Shown here piece after piece: positions 8,473-18,241 of a stretch of 64,000 nt of DNA (position 1 is the first letter of the stretch; each line of letters opens with the position of its first letter). The stretch spans positions 1,553-65,552 of the forward strand of contig JAJDCH010000003.1 in NCBI GenBank assembly GCA_029260905.1, given 5' to 3'. The notes beneath the pieces are model-generated. The model saw only the letters and a program-made list of their open reading frames with translations, made no database searches and was not told the DNA's origin. The stretch comes from Candidatus Levyibacteriota bacterium (lineage in GTDB: Bacteria > Patescibacteriota > Microgenomatia > Levybacterales > UBA12049). A program made the translations under genes and the position numbers.

Positions 8473-10602
8473 ATGGCTGATCAAGTTTCAAGAAACCTAC
8501 CACTAGACAGAATCCGCAATATCGGAATAATCGCGCATATTGATGCGGGTAAAACAACCACCACAGAGCGTATTCTTTTTTATACAGGAAAGACATATAA
8601 GATTGGTGATATTGATGAGGGAAATACACAGATGGACTGGATGGAGCAGGAGAAAGAGCGTGGTATTACTATTGTTTCTGCTGCTACAACAGCGTTTTGG
8701 ACTCATTCACAAAACCCAAATGATCCTTACAGAATAAACATTATTGATACACCAGGTCACGTTGACTTTACAGCAGAGGTTGAGCGTTCACTCAGGGTTT
8801 TGGATGGAGGAATTACTGTTCTTGATGCAGAAGAGGGGGTTCAATCACAATCTGAGACTGTTTGGAGACAAGCAGACAAATATAAGGTGCCAAGACTGTG
8901 TTTTGTTAATAAGATGGATAAACTTGGCGCAGATTTTCTATATACAGTTAGTACAATTGTTGATAGGCTTGGTGCAAATCCTGCGATTATGGTTCTTCCA
9001 ATTGGTGCCGAAAATTCTTATGTAGGAAATGTTGATCTTCTGACAAGAAAGTCATATGTCTGGGGTGGGGACGGACTGGGCGCAAAATATGAGGTTAAAG
9101 ATGAAGTTCCAGAAGACATGAAAGAAAAGGTTGAGGAGCATAGATCCAAATTGATTGAAAAAATTGCAGAAACAGATGACGTACTTCTTGAAAAATATCT
9201 TGGTGGTGAAGAGCCAACAGTTGATGAGCTTAAGAAAGCGCTTCGAGCAGCGGTTATCGCATATAAATTGGTTCCAATTTACGCAGGGACATCACTTCGA
9301 AACAAAGGTGTTCAGCCTCTTCTTGATGCTGTAGTTGATTATCTTCCATCTCCTGATGACCTGGAAGAGGTTAAAGGCAAAAATCCAAAAACAGATGTAG
9401 AAGAGAAGCGAAAACTGGTAACTGATGAAGCATTTTCTGGTCTTGCATTTAAGATTCAAAATGATCCGCACGTTGGAAAACTTGCTTATTTTAGGGTTTA
9501 TTCAGGAATACTCCAGTCAGGTTCATATATTTACAATAGTTCAAAGGACAAAAAGGAACGTGTGGGACGTATTTTGCTTATGCATGCCAATACTCGCGAA
9601 GAGGTAAAAGAGGCATACGCCGGTGAAATTGTTGCAATAGTTGGTCTTAAAGAAACTGTAACAGGAGACACGCTTTGTGATGAAGCAAAGCCAATTATTC
9701 TTGAGAAGATTACATTTCCTGAACCAGTTATTTCTCTTGCTATTGAACCAAAAACAAAATCAGATCAGGAAAAGCTTGGTTTTTCACTTAAGCGCTTGAT
9801 GGAAGAAGACCCGACATTTGTTGTTAAGACCAATCATGAAACAAATCAGACAATAATATCAGGTATTGGTGAATTGCAGCTTGAGATCATGGTTGATCGT
9901 ATGAAAAGGGAATTTAATGTCGAGGCCAATGTGGGAGCACCGCAAGTTGCATACAAAGAATCAATCAGCAAGATGGCTGAGGCAGAAGGAAAATATATCA
10001 AACAGTCAGGTGGTCGTGGTCAGTATGGTCATTGTTATCTTAGGGTTGAGCCAAAACCAAGGGGTGAGGGTTATGAGTTTGTCGATGCGATAAAAGGTGG
10101 TTCGATTCCGGCTGAGTTTATCAAAGCTGTTGAGAAGGGGGTTAAGGAAACTCTTGATAATGGAGTGCTTCTAGGATATCCAATGGTTGATGTAAAAGTT
10201 ACTTGTTATGACGGTTCATATCATGATGTTGACTCAAGCGAGGTTGCATTCAAAATCGCTGCATCTCAAGCTGTGCAGGCGGGCACCAAAAAAGCTGGCA
10301 TATCAGTTCTGGAGCCAATTATGAAGGTAGAGGTCACGACTCCATCTGAGTATATGGGTGAAGTAATGGGCGATCTATCATCAAAAAGAGCGCAAATCAT
10401 GGGATCTGAAGAGAGAAACAAAGCAACTATCATTCTTGCTCAAGTTCCTCTTTCTGAACTCTCAGGATATGCAACTCAAATCCGTTCACTGACACAGGGC
10501 AGAGCGCACTACTACATGGAACCAAGTCACTATGAAGAAGTGCCGAGAAACATCATTGAACAAATGGTCTCCAAATCTACATTCACAGGAAGAGTCGAGT
10601 AG
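8473..10602 (+). CDS. fusA: Elongation factor G
   Basis: [48 protein letters not shown]. Start set to ATG 8473 (MADQVSR). Confidence 0.98.
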   Translation: MADQVSRNLPLDRIRNIGIIAHIDAGKTTTTERILFYTGKTYKIGDIDEGNTQMDWMEQEKERGITIVSAATTAFWTHSQNPNDPYRINIIDTPGHVDFTAEVERSLRVLDGGITVLDAEEGVQSQSETVWRQADKYKVPRLCFVNKMDKLGADFLYTVSTIVDRLGANPAIMVLPIGAENSYVGNVDLLTRKSYVWGGDGLGAKYEVKDEVPEDMKEKVEEHRSKLIEKIAETDDVLLEKYLGGEEPTVDELKKALRAAVIAYKLVPIYAGTSLRNKGVQPLLDAVVDYLPSPDDLEEVKGKNPKTDVEEKRKLVTDEAFSGLAFKIQNDPHVGKLAYFRVYSGILQSGSYIYNSSKDKKERVGRILLMHANTREEVKEAYAGEIVAIVGLKETVTGDTLCDEAKPIILEKITFPEPVISLAIEPKTKSDQEKLGFSLKRLMEEDPTFVVKTNHETNQTIISGIGELQLEIMVDRMKREFNVEANVGAPQVAYKESISKMAEAEGKYIKQSGGRGQYGHCYLRVEPKPRGEGYEFVDAIKGGSIPAEFIKAVEKGVKETLDNGVLLGYPMVDVKVTCYDGSYHDVDSSEVAFKIAASQAVQAGTKKAGISVLEPIMKVEVTTPSEYMGEVMGDLSSKRAQIMGSEERNKATIILAQVPLSELSGYATQIRSLTQGRAHYYMEPSHYEEVPRNIIEQMVSKSTFTGRVE

Positions 10603-10622
10603 GCTGGTTCTTATAATAGGTT

Positions 10623-10950
10623 ATGAATGAAAGAATAGGCAAGCAGCAGATATTTGCAAAAGAAAAAGTTGCACAAATGCCCCCTATCTAAGAAATCTTC
10701 TTGAAGCACATTCCAAACTTATGGTGATTTGGCAGACGGGTTCTGATGCATTTGGGCGAAGAGTTGTTGGAGATGAGAGAAGAGTTTTAAGAAAAACCAT
10801 GAGTTTTTTGGAAAAAAAATTGTTGACGAGTTTGGTGATGGAATGAATTTTGGCGCTTTAGAATATAAATGGAAACTTGATCATCCTGAGGTTCGTGAGT
10901 TGTTGGCAGGTGGCCCAACAGAGGCTGAAAGAATAAAAAGATTGTATTAG
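10623..10950 (+). pseudogene. Frameshifted ~109-aa hypothetical ORF (two single-base deletions)
   Basis: TATAAT 5 nt before ATG 10623. The span is 328 nt, 2 short of 110 codons; adding one base at a C5 run and one at an A5 run gives a continuous protein-like sequence. Confidence 0.5.
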
Positions 10951-11000
10951 TAGTTATTTATTAATTCCCCAAAGTAATTAATTCAATTATAATTATACTA

Positions 11001-11693
11001 ATGTCTGTTTTTGGATTAAAAGTTATTGCGATTGTTACTATGGTTATAGACCATGTAGGTCTTTATTTTTTTCCGCAAGTTTTGGTCTTTCGCATGATTG
11101 GCAGGCTTGCTTTTCCTCTTTTTGCATATCTTATTGCAAATGGTGCAGTTCATACGCATAACATCAAGAATTATTTTCTGAGGCTTTTTGTTTTTGCCTT
11201 TATCTCACAGGTTCCATATTATTTGGTTAATAAAATATCTGGGGCTGAGAACTGGGGATTAAACATATTTTTTACGTTGGCAGGAGGACTTTTGGTAATT
11301 ATTTCTATAAACAAATTTAGAAATTTTTTTAATTGGCTGCCCATACTTGTTTTGACGATGTTTATTGCAAGAACTTTCTCTTTTGATTATGGAATGATGG
11401 GGATCTTATCAATTGTAGCTTTTTATATTTTTAGAGAAAAATTTCTTTTTCTTTTTATAACTCAGGCATTATTATTTCTATCGCCTTATATTTTTTTCTT
11501 TCTGGGATTTTTTGGAAAAGATTTATCAACTTTGGGACTTGTAAATATTGTCCAGCCCCTTGCTCTATTGTCGCTTTTATTTATTGATATATATAACCAG
11601 GAGAGAGGGATAGGCATAAAATATTTTTTTTATATTTTCTACCCAATTCAATATCTAATTTTTTACTTGCTGCTTCTTTTTAAGAGTGTATAA
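11001..11693 (+). CDS. TraX family membrane protein (putative acyltransferase)
   Basis: LKVIAIVTMVIDHVG...GRLAFPLFA...ISQVPY...NIFFTL...DYG...KYFFYIFYP TraX signature. Confidence 0.88.
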   Translation: MSVFGLKVIAIVTMVIDHVGLYFFPQVLVFRMIGRLAFPLFAYLIANGAVHTHNIKNYFLRLFVFAFISQVPYYLVNKISGAENWGLNIFFTLAGGLLVIISINKFRNFFNWLPILVLTMFIARTFSFDYGMMGILSIVAFYIFREKFLFLFITQALLFLSPYIFFFLGFFGKDLSTLGLVNIVQPLALLSLLFIDIYNQERGIGIKYFFYIFYPIQYLIFYLLLLFKSV

Positions 11694-11700
11694 TGATTCC

Positions 11701-12798
11701 ATGAGGAAGTTGGTTTTTGTCTTTTTAGCTCTGGGAATTATTGTATTCGTGGGAAGATTTATATTTAGTACAGTAAAAGACAAGGTCAAGGAGGATCTGG
11801 CAAGACCCATTCCATTTCCCACAGCTACTCCTGAGGTGACACAAGCTGTTGTAGATGCAACCAATCTGAGGGAGGACAGATCTCTATTTGTGCCATATTG
11901 GACTCTTGAAGAAGGAGTTGGAAGCGGTTATTCCAAGCTTATTTATTTTGGAATAACCCCTGCAAGCGCAGGCATAGACAAAAATGATGAAGGTTATGCG
12001 GGAATTGATAATTTCATGGCAAATGCAGAAACAGATGGGGAGAGGCTTTTGACAGTAACTATGACAAATAGTTCTGAAAACTCAGAAATATTAAATAATT
12101 TGTCAAAACAAGAAGCCATAATTGATCAAAGTATCGCGATTGCCAGAGAGAAAGGGTTTTCAGGGATTGTTCTTAATCTTGAAATGTCAGCCATTCCTTT
12201 TGATTCTTTGGTTCAGCAAATTAGTGATTTTTCAGGAAAATTTTATCAATCAGCAAGACAGAATAGGCTTAAATATTATGTAGCAGTATATGGAGATAAT
12301 TTTTATAGAGTGCGTCCATTTGATGTTAAATCTATTTCTGAAAAGTCAGATGGGGTTTTGGTTATGGCATATGATTTTCATAAGTCCAGGAGCAATCCTG
12401 GACCAAATTTTCCACTTAGAGGTAAGGATGTATATGGATATGATATAGAGAGCATGATTGATGATTATCTAAAGCTGGTTCCTGCAAAGAAATTAACTGT
12501 GATATTTGGTTATTTCGGGTATGACTGGGTGGTTGATAGGAATGATAAGGCGACAGGAAATGGAGAGGCATCATCTTATCAAGAGATAAAAGGTCAATTT
12601 ATTGATGACTGTAAATTTAGGAATTGCCGTCTGGTAAGAGATAGTAATTCAATGGAAACAGAAATTCGTTATACCGATTCAGCAGGCAGAAATCATATTG
12701 TCTGGTTTGAGGATACTGAGTCGATTAATGAAAAAAAGAAGCTTCTGAAGAAAAAGGGGATATCATCATTTAGTTTTTTTGCCAACTCTTATTTTTAA
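11701..12798 (+). CDS. Membrane-anchored glycoside hydrolase family 18-like protein
   Basis: N-terminal TM; GFSGIVLNLE (variant DxxDxDxE); VMAYDFH; FGYDW; HIVWFED. Start at 11701 follows a TATAAT box. Confidence 0.82.
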   Translation: MRKLVFVFLALGIIVFVGRFIFSTVKDKVKEDLARPIPFPTATPEVTQAVVDATNLREDRSLFVPYWTLEEGVGSGYSKLIYFGITPASAGIDKNDEGYAGIDNFMANAETDGERLLTVTMTNSSENSEILNNLSKQEAIIDQSIAIAREKGFSGIVLNLEMSAIPFDSLVQQISDFSGKFYQSARQNRLKYYVAVYGDNFYRVRPFDVKSISEKSDGVLVMAYDFHKSRSNPGPNFPLRGKDVYGYDIESMIDDYLKLVPAKKLTVIFGYFGYDWVVDRNDKATGNGEASSYQEIKGQFIDDCKFRNCRLVRDSNSMETEIRYTDSAGRNHIVWFEDTESINEKKKLLKKKGISSFSFFANSYF

Positions 12799-12799
12799 T

Positions 12800-13264
12800 T
12801 TATTTATAGAAGCTTTTGATTTGGAAAAGAATGTAAAGACTTATAATTCCTCCTAAAATTGCACCACCTATATTTCCTGTTAATAAACTTGCTGCAATGC
12901 TTATAAGTGATGACCAATAAACATATCTCCAACCAATTATTTTTCTTGCAAAAAGTCCTGGAAGAGCCATGAGTTCAAGCACTATTGCTGCTCCTGTTGC
13001 AATTGCTGATATCATAAGCGTTAGGGTAAAAGAAGCTGTATAACCAGGTCCTCCAAAGGTTGTGAAAGGTGCTGCGATTGTAGCTAGTCCAAAAATCCAC
13101 AGCACAGCAGGAAGAGTCATAATCATAAAAACAATGATTAACCATGGACCAAATCTGACCAAAGCCTCTTTGATATTTGATGGTATTTGAAACGGAGCTT
13201 TTTTTACTAGATAAAGATCAAGTGTGTTTTCAAGGTTATTGATTGTGGCATTTTTTTGGGACAT
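12800..13264 (-). CDS. Hypothetical membrane protein (3-4 TM)
   Basis: Hydrophobic segments; KAPFQIP...PW...ALPGLF...GW...YILFQIKSFYK, a motif set recalled from conserved CPR hypotheticals. Confidence 0.75.
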   Translation of the reverse strand: MSQKNATINNLENTLDLYLVKKAPFQIPSNIKEALVRFGPWLIIVFMIMTLPAVLWIFGLATIAAPFTTFGGPGYTASFTLTLMISAIATGAAIVLELMALPGLFARKIIGWRYVYWSSLISIAASLLTGNIGGAILGGIISLYILFQIKSFYK

Positions 13265-13266
13265 GT

Positions 13267-15435
13267 TTATTCGATTATTGCGCTTACCTCAATTGCGGTA
13301 AGGCCCGATCTTTGAATTTTTGCTGGGAATGTTGGTTCATCAATTGAAAAATCAGGCTTACTTGTTAATTGCTTGAAGTAGAATACGACATTTAGATAAT
13401 TTTTAGGTTGTGGGTCAAATGAGAGAGGTAAAATGGTTGATGAGTCTTTGTGATTGAAGAATGAAACAAAGATATAGGGGCTGTTAATTTCTTTATTAGC
13501 AAAATTAATCAGATCCTTTGTCTCTTTATTATTTAGTCCAAGTTTTGTTGCATAAGATTTTAGAATACCTGCTATGTTTTTTACATCAACAATTGTTCCA
13601 TATGATGGGGCAGGGACTCTCTTTACTGCTGATGCATAGTCGTAAGAAATGCTTTCATAGGTTTTACCACCGATTTTCATTTTTCCATCACCAATTAGAG
13701 TTATATCGTAGCCATTGTTGTATGAAGGGATGGAATTGTAGACAGATGTGCCAACTGTTACATTTACATTTTGCCCCTCATCACCATATAAATAAAGAGG
13801 TGAGTCATAGCAAAGACCTTGTGGTTTGAGATCATCTTTGTTCAGATTTTTTTGTGCTTTTGCACAATCGTCAAAAGCATCTGTTCCATCCGTGAAACCC
13901 ATTGCAAGGCATTGCTCCGCTGCTAAATCCCTACATCTAGGTGTTGACTGTTGTTCCTCTCTGACAGGTGCAAGATCGGCTTTAAGAAGGAATGTGTAGA
14001 GTTGTGTATTTTTTCTTGTATCTCCACCATCTGTATTTTTGTCAGAAAATAGATCAATAATTGTTGGAGTGGCATTGTCAGATGCGGTTTGTGCTCCCAG
14101 TACGTTTGAGAAGTAGTTAACAGGTAAAAGATCTATCTGCTGCATGAGAGTATCTGGCAAATTTAATATGGTAAGTTGGCTAGAGCTAGTGTCGAATACA
14201 GAGTATTGTTTGACTTGAGAAGCATAGAGTTCTCCCAGGTTTCCAAAAGCAGATTCAGAATACTCAGAATCAACCAATAGAATTTTTTCTTCTGATAATA
14301 TATCCATGAAGGCGAGATCTACATCCCCTAAATTTATCTGAGAGGATGTTTGAGAAGATGGATTGTATCTAAAAGTTCCATTTAGATCAGTGTTTCTGCT
14401 AAGCAATACATAGATCGCATCTCCATTGTTTTGATCCCACCCATTTATAGAATATTTATTTTGGTTTGAAAGACTTGCAACCTTTTCTCTTATCAATGTG
14501 TTGGTATCTAGAAGCTCGACTGTATTTGATCTAAGCGCTGAAAGTCTAAATCCTGATTGTTCTGATTTTCCGTCTCCAAAAGAGCCGTCATATCCAGCAA
14601 ACAATAGTCTTTTTCCATCTGGTGAGATTCTAATCGGTCTTGAGTATGTCCCATCCTGCATTGATTCAATTTCCTGAATTGTTGAACCATCAAACGTAGA
14701 TAGACTCATTCCTCTTGAATTACCTGTCGTAACATTCCCTACAAATTTATCTGCAAATACTTTTCCTTCATTTGTAATAATAAGGGGATAGTGGACTGGA
14801 CCATTTGCGACTTCGTCAAAAAGCAGATTTTTGACTGTTGGATTATCAAGATCAATTGCATAAACTCTCGATCTTGCACCTTCAAATTTAGTTGAGTTTG
14901 GCGCAAAGGCAACTTCCCATGTGGCAACATATTTTTTATTTGGAGAAACAGTGTAGTCATCTATTCCGAAGCCTGTTTCAGCAAGAATTGACGTGACTAC
15001 CTTTTTGTCTGCAAGAGAATAAATACTTAATTTAGTGCCGTGATCTTGGATGCCTTCTATTTCATCTATATATAATAGTTCTTCAGGAGAAAGAATTGAT
15101 ACTTTTTTAATATCAAGTGGAAGTTCGGCAATTATTCTGGTACTACCAGATGCTAGATCAAGAGACTTTATTGCTGATTGAGATTGTTCCCATGTACCAT
15201 AGACCAAGGTTTTTTGAGCAATAGGGGAAGAAAGAATAGAGACAGACTCTTCATTGGTGTTTTGTTGGTTTCCTATTCCATTGTTGTTCCTGCTATCGTT
15301 ATTTCTTAGTGCAAAAAAGGCTGCTGATCCAAGAACTAGAACAGCTATTATAAATACGATGAGCCCTTTTGGGCTTGCAGGTTTGGATGAGGATGTGGAT
15401 TCTGGACTTTGATTATCTATGGGCATGTCGGGCAT
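13267..15435 (-). CDS. Large secreted/anchored protein: TolB-like beta-propeller, Cys-rich linker and C-terminal (K)PxxYLY-type domain
   Basis: N-terminal TM; SPNKK and ISPDGKRLLF propeller motifs; SPLYLYG...LGLNNKETKDL...LPLSFDPQP...RSGLTAIE. Confidence 0.68.
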   Translation of the reverse strand: MPDMPIDNQSPESTSSSKPASPKGLIVFIIAVLVLGSAAFFALRNNDSRNNNGIGNQQNTNEESVSILSSPIAQKTLVYGTWEQSQSAIKSLDLASGSTRIIAELPLDIKKVSILSPEELLYIDEIEGIQDHGTKLSIYSLADKKVVTSILAETGFGIDDYTVSPNKKYVATWEVAFAPNSTKFEGARSRVYAIDLDNPTVKNLLFDEVANGPVHYPLIITNEGKVFADKFVGNVTTGNSRGMSLSTFDGSTIQEIESMQDGTYSRPIRISPDGKRLLFAGYDGSFGDGKSEQSGFRLSALRSNTVELLDTNTLIREKVASLSNQNKYSINGWDQNNGDAIYVLLSRNTDLNGTFRYNPSSQTSSQINLGDVDLAFMDILSEEKILLVDSEYSESAFGNLGELYASQVKQYSVFDTSSSQLTILNLPDTLMQQIDLLPVNYFSNVLGAQTASDNATPTIIDLFSDKNTDGGDTRKNTQLYTFLLKADLAPVREEQQSTPRCRDLAAEQCLAMGFTDGTDAFDDCAKAQKNLNKDDLKPQGLCYDSPLYLYGDEGQNVNVTVGTSVYNSIPSYNNGYDITLIGDGKMKIGGKTYESISYDYASAVKRVPAPSYGTIVDVKNIAGILKSYATKLGLNNKETKDLINFANKEINSPYIFVSFFNHKDSSTILPLSFDPQPKNYLNVVFYFKQLTSKPDFSIDEPTFPAKIQRSGLTAIEVSAIIE

Positions 15436-15441
15436 ATATAA

Positions 15442-15470
15442 ACTTTAGAAGATATCTATTTGCTTGTCAA
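15442..15470 (-). promoter_or_regulatory. sigma70 promoter, leaderless transcript of the 13267-15435 gene
   Basis: TTGACA-17 nt-TAAAGT, then 6 nt to ATG. Confidence 0.6.
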
Positions 15471-15513
15471 GTGTTTTTGTTTGATTTGTTTGGTTTGATA
15501 TAATTTTACCCAC

Positions 15514-15542
15514 TTGACGGAAGAAAAAAAATATTGTATTAT
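15514..15542 (+). promoter_or_regulatory. sigma70 promoter of tuf
   Basis: TTGACG-17 nt-TATTAT; SD-like AAGAGGT before the tuf ATG. Confidence 0.68.
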
Positions 15543-15603
15543 TACATTCACGCTCATTTCTTTTGAGGAATGAGATTTCTTTTTTGTAAAAGAGGTAACA
15601 GCT

Positions 15604-16785
15604 ATGGCAGATAAATTTAATAGAAACAAACCACACGTAAATATCGGTACAATCGGTCATGTCGATCATGGTAAAACTACGACAACAGCCGCTATTACAA
15701 CAGTACTCGCCAAAAAAGGAATGGCGCAGGCAAAAAAGTACGAAGATATCGATAATGCGCCAGAAGAAAAAGCACGCGGAGTCACGATTAACATTTCACA
15801 TCAAGAATACGAAACAGAAACAAGACACTATGCACATATTGATGCTCCAGGTCATGCAGACTACATAAAGAACATGATTACAGGTGCGGCTCAGATGGAT
15901 GGAGCAATCTTGGTTGTTTCAGCGCCAGATGGTCCTATGCCTCAGACAAGAGAGCACATTCTTCTCGCTAAGCAGGTTGGAGTTCCATCAATAGTTGTTT
16001 TTCTAAATAAATGCGATATGGTTCAGGATGAAGAACTTCTTGATCTTGTTGAAATGGAGATCCGTGAACTTCTTACAAAATATGAATTTCCAGGCGACAC
16101 AACACCTATTATAAGAGGGTCAGCGCTCAAGGCAATTGAGGGTGATGCAGAAGCAGAAGCAGCAATATTGAAGCTGATGCAGACAGTTGACGAATATGTT
16201 CCCACACCAAAGAGGGATCTTGATAAGCCATTCCTTATGCCCGTTGAAGATGTTTTTTCAATCAAAGGTCGTGGAACAGTTGTAACAGGAAGAATTGAAA
16301 GAGGAATTGTAAAAGTAAATGAGGCTGTTTCTGTTATAGGTCTTGATAATAACAAAGAGTCAGTAGTAACTGGAGTTGAGATGTTTAAAAAGCAGCTTGA
16401 TGAAGGTCAAGCAGGTGACAACGTTGGACTTTTACTTAGAGGACTTGAAAAAACAGATGTTGAGCGTGGTCAGGTTGTCGCCAAGCCAGGAAGTGTTACA
16501 CCTCATACAGAATTTGAAGCAGAAGCATATATTCTTACAAAAGAAGAGGGTGGACGTCACACACCTTTCTTTACAGGTTATAGACCACAGTTTTATATCA
16601 GAACAACCGATGTTACAGGCACAGCAACTCTCCCAAAGGGAGTTGAAATGGTTATGCCTGGAGATAGTTCAAAAATGACAGTTAAACTTATCGTTCCAGT
16701 TGCGCTTGAAGAAGGACTTAGATTTGCTATCCGAGAAGGGGGTAAAACAGTCGGAGCGGGTGTAATTTCAAAGATAATTAAATAA
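15604..16785 (+). CDS. tuf: Elongation factor Tu
   Basis: [51 protein letters not shown]. Confidence 0.99.
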   Translation: MADKFNRNKPHVNIGTIGHVDHGKTTTTAAITTVLAKKGMAQAKKYEDIDNAPEEKARGVTINISHQEYETETRHYAHIDAPGHADYIKNMITGAAQMDGAILVVSAPDGPMPQTREHILLAKQVGVPSIVVFLNKCDMVQDEELLDLVEMEIRELLTKYEFPGDTTPIIRGSALKAIEGDAEAEAAILKLMQTVDEYVPTPKRDLDKPFLMPVEDVFSIKGRGTVVTGRIERGIVKVNEAVSVIGLDNNKESVVTGVEMFKKQLDEGQAGDNVGLLLRGLEKTDVERGQVVAKPGSVTPHTEFEAEAYILTKEEGGRHTPFFTGYRPQFYIRTTDVTGTATLPKGVEMVMPGDSSKMTVKLIVPVALEEGLRFAIREGGKTVGAGVISKIIK

Positions 16786-16817
16786 TCCGAAAAGTAAAGA
16801 TCTTTAACAATCTGTTG

Positions 16818-16837
16818 ATCCCGATTACAATCGGGAT
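16818..16837. repeat. Near-perfect palindrome (REP-like hairpin) between tuf and rpsJ
   Basis: ATCCCGATT-AC-AATCGGGAT. Confidence 0.7.
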
Positions 16838-16849
16838 TTGTACAATAAT

Positions 16850-17158
16850 ATGCCAAAAGGAAGAATAAGAGTCAGACTAAAAAGCTATGACCCACGGGTT
16901 TTGGACTCGTGTTGTCAGCAAATCCTTGATTCGGTTATAAGAACCGGGGCTAAGGTGGTAGGTCCGGTTCCACTTCCAACAGACAGATCAGTCTACGTTG
17001 TTAATAAATCACCATTTGTTGACAAAAATGCCAGAGATCATTACGAAATAAAAGTACATAAAAGATTGATTGATATTATGTCACCAACAGATAAAACAAT
17101 TGACAGTTTAACTAATTTAGCATTACCAGCAGGAGTTGATATAGAACTAAAAATGTAG
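16850..17158 (+). CDS. rpsJ: 30S ribosomal protein S10
   Basis: RIRVRLKSYD, GPVPLPT, HKRLIDI, LPAGVDIE. Confidence 0.97.
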   Translation: MPKGRIRVRLKSYDPRVLDSCCQQILDSVIRTGAKVVGPVPLPTDRSVYVVNKSPFVDKNARDHYEIKVHKRLIDIMSPTDKTIDSLTNLALPAGVDIELKM

Positions 17159-17287
17159 TCTCCGTTTGGGGATTTCAGTATAGATGCCCAATATAATTAA
17201 ACATGCTGAAAGATGATTGATTAAAAATGCCTAAGCTTGGCCACCCCGTTTAGAGGGGATCAAATCACAAAAAGTTGTGAATATGAT

Positions 17288-17315
17288 AAAGGTAGCCGTA
17301 GGGCTATCTTTTTTT
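17288..17315 (+). terminator. Intrinsic terminator/attenuator-like hairpin upstream of rplC
   Basis: AAAGGTAGCC-GTAG-GGCTATCTTT ending in a T7 tract. Confidence 0.6.
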
Positions 17316-17336
17316 CGTTTAGAGACAATAATAAAT

Positions 17337-18236
17337 ATGATAAATACATTAATAGGACAAAAAATAGACCAAGCACAAAAATTTCTTCAAGATGGGAAGA
17401 GAATTCCCGTTACAGAAATTTCTTTGGGTGATAATGTTGTGGTTCAGGTAAAAAGCACTGACAAAGAGGGCTACAGTGCTCTTCAGCTTGGAGTAGGGAC
17501 AAGGAAAAAAGCAACAAAATCTTTAATTGGTCATGCTAAAAAAGTAGGACTTGATCAAGCGCCTATCAAAATAAAGGAAATATCAGTTGAAAATTTTGAA
17601 GGAGAAATGCCAAAAGCCGGAGATTTGATAGCAGTTGATACTGTTTTTAAACTAGGTGATGTTGTAAAAGTAACCGGAGTATCAAAAGGAAAGGGTTTTG
17701 CAGGTGTTGTTAGGAGATATAACTTCAGAGGTGGACCCAAAACCCATGGTCAGTCAGACAGGCACAGAGCACCAGGCTCAATTGGTCAATCTGCAACACC
17801 AGGTAGGGTTTATAAAGGTAAAAGGATGGCTGGACGTATGGGGTCTGATGTTGTATCAATTGCCAATCTGGTTGTTGTAGATATTGATGTCGAAAATAAA
17901 AAAATATTTGTTTCAGGTCTAGTGCCAGGCATAAAAAATTCTTTTGTAACCATAACAAAAACCGGTGAGAGCAAGGCTTTTGTTCCACTTGTATCATATA
18001 TTGAAAAAAAATCAGAAGTAGATGACAAGCCAATAGATGCTACAAAAGACATAAAAGCTGATGATGTAGTAGTTGATATTCAAGCAGAAACAAAGACTGA
18101 GCAGTCAGCGTCAAGCGAGGTTGCGGTAGCTGAAGATAAAAGAGAAGAGATAAAAACTGAGGAAGCAACAGTTGAAGTTAAAGAAGAAGCGAAAAAAATC
18201 TCAGAAACAGAAGAAAAGGTTGAGGAAAATAAATAA
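17337..18236 (+). CDS. rplC: 50S ribosomal protein L3 with acidic C-terminal extension
   Basis: SKGKGFAGVVRRYNFRGGPKTHGQSDRHRAPGSIG; start ATG 17337. Confidence 0.97.
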   Translation: MINTLIGQKIDQAQKFLQDGKRIPVTEISLGDNVVVQVKSTDKEGYSALQLGVGTRKKATKSLIGHAKKVGLDQAPIKIKEISVENFEGEMPKAGDLIAVDTVFKLGDVVKVTGVSKGKGFAGVVRRYNFRGGPKTHGQSDRHRAPGSIGQSATPGRVYKGKRMAGRMGSDVVSIANLVVVDIDVENKKIFVSGLVPGIKNSFVTITKTGESKAFVPLVSYIEKKSEVDDKPIDATKDIKADDVVVDIQAETKTEQSASSEVAVAEDKREEIKTEEATVEVKEEAKKISETEEKVEENK

Positions 18237-18241
18237 TTATT

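Noticed and set aside
11001-11693. TraX as evidence of a conjugative element
   Set aside because: No other tra/trb, relaxase or T4SS genes; TraX-family genes commonly occur alone on chromosomes.
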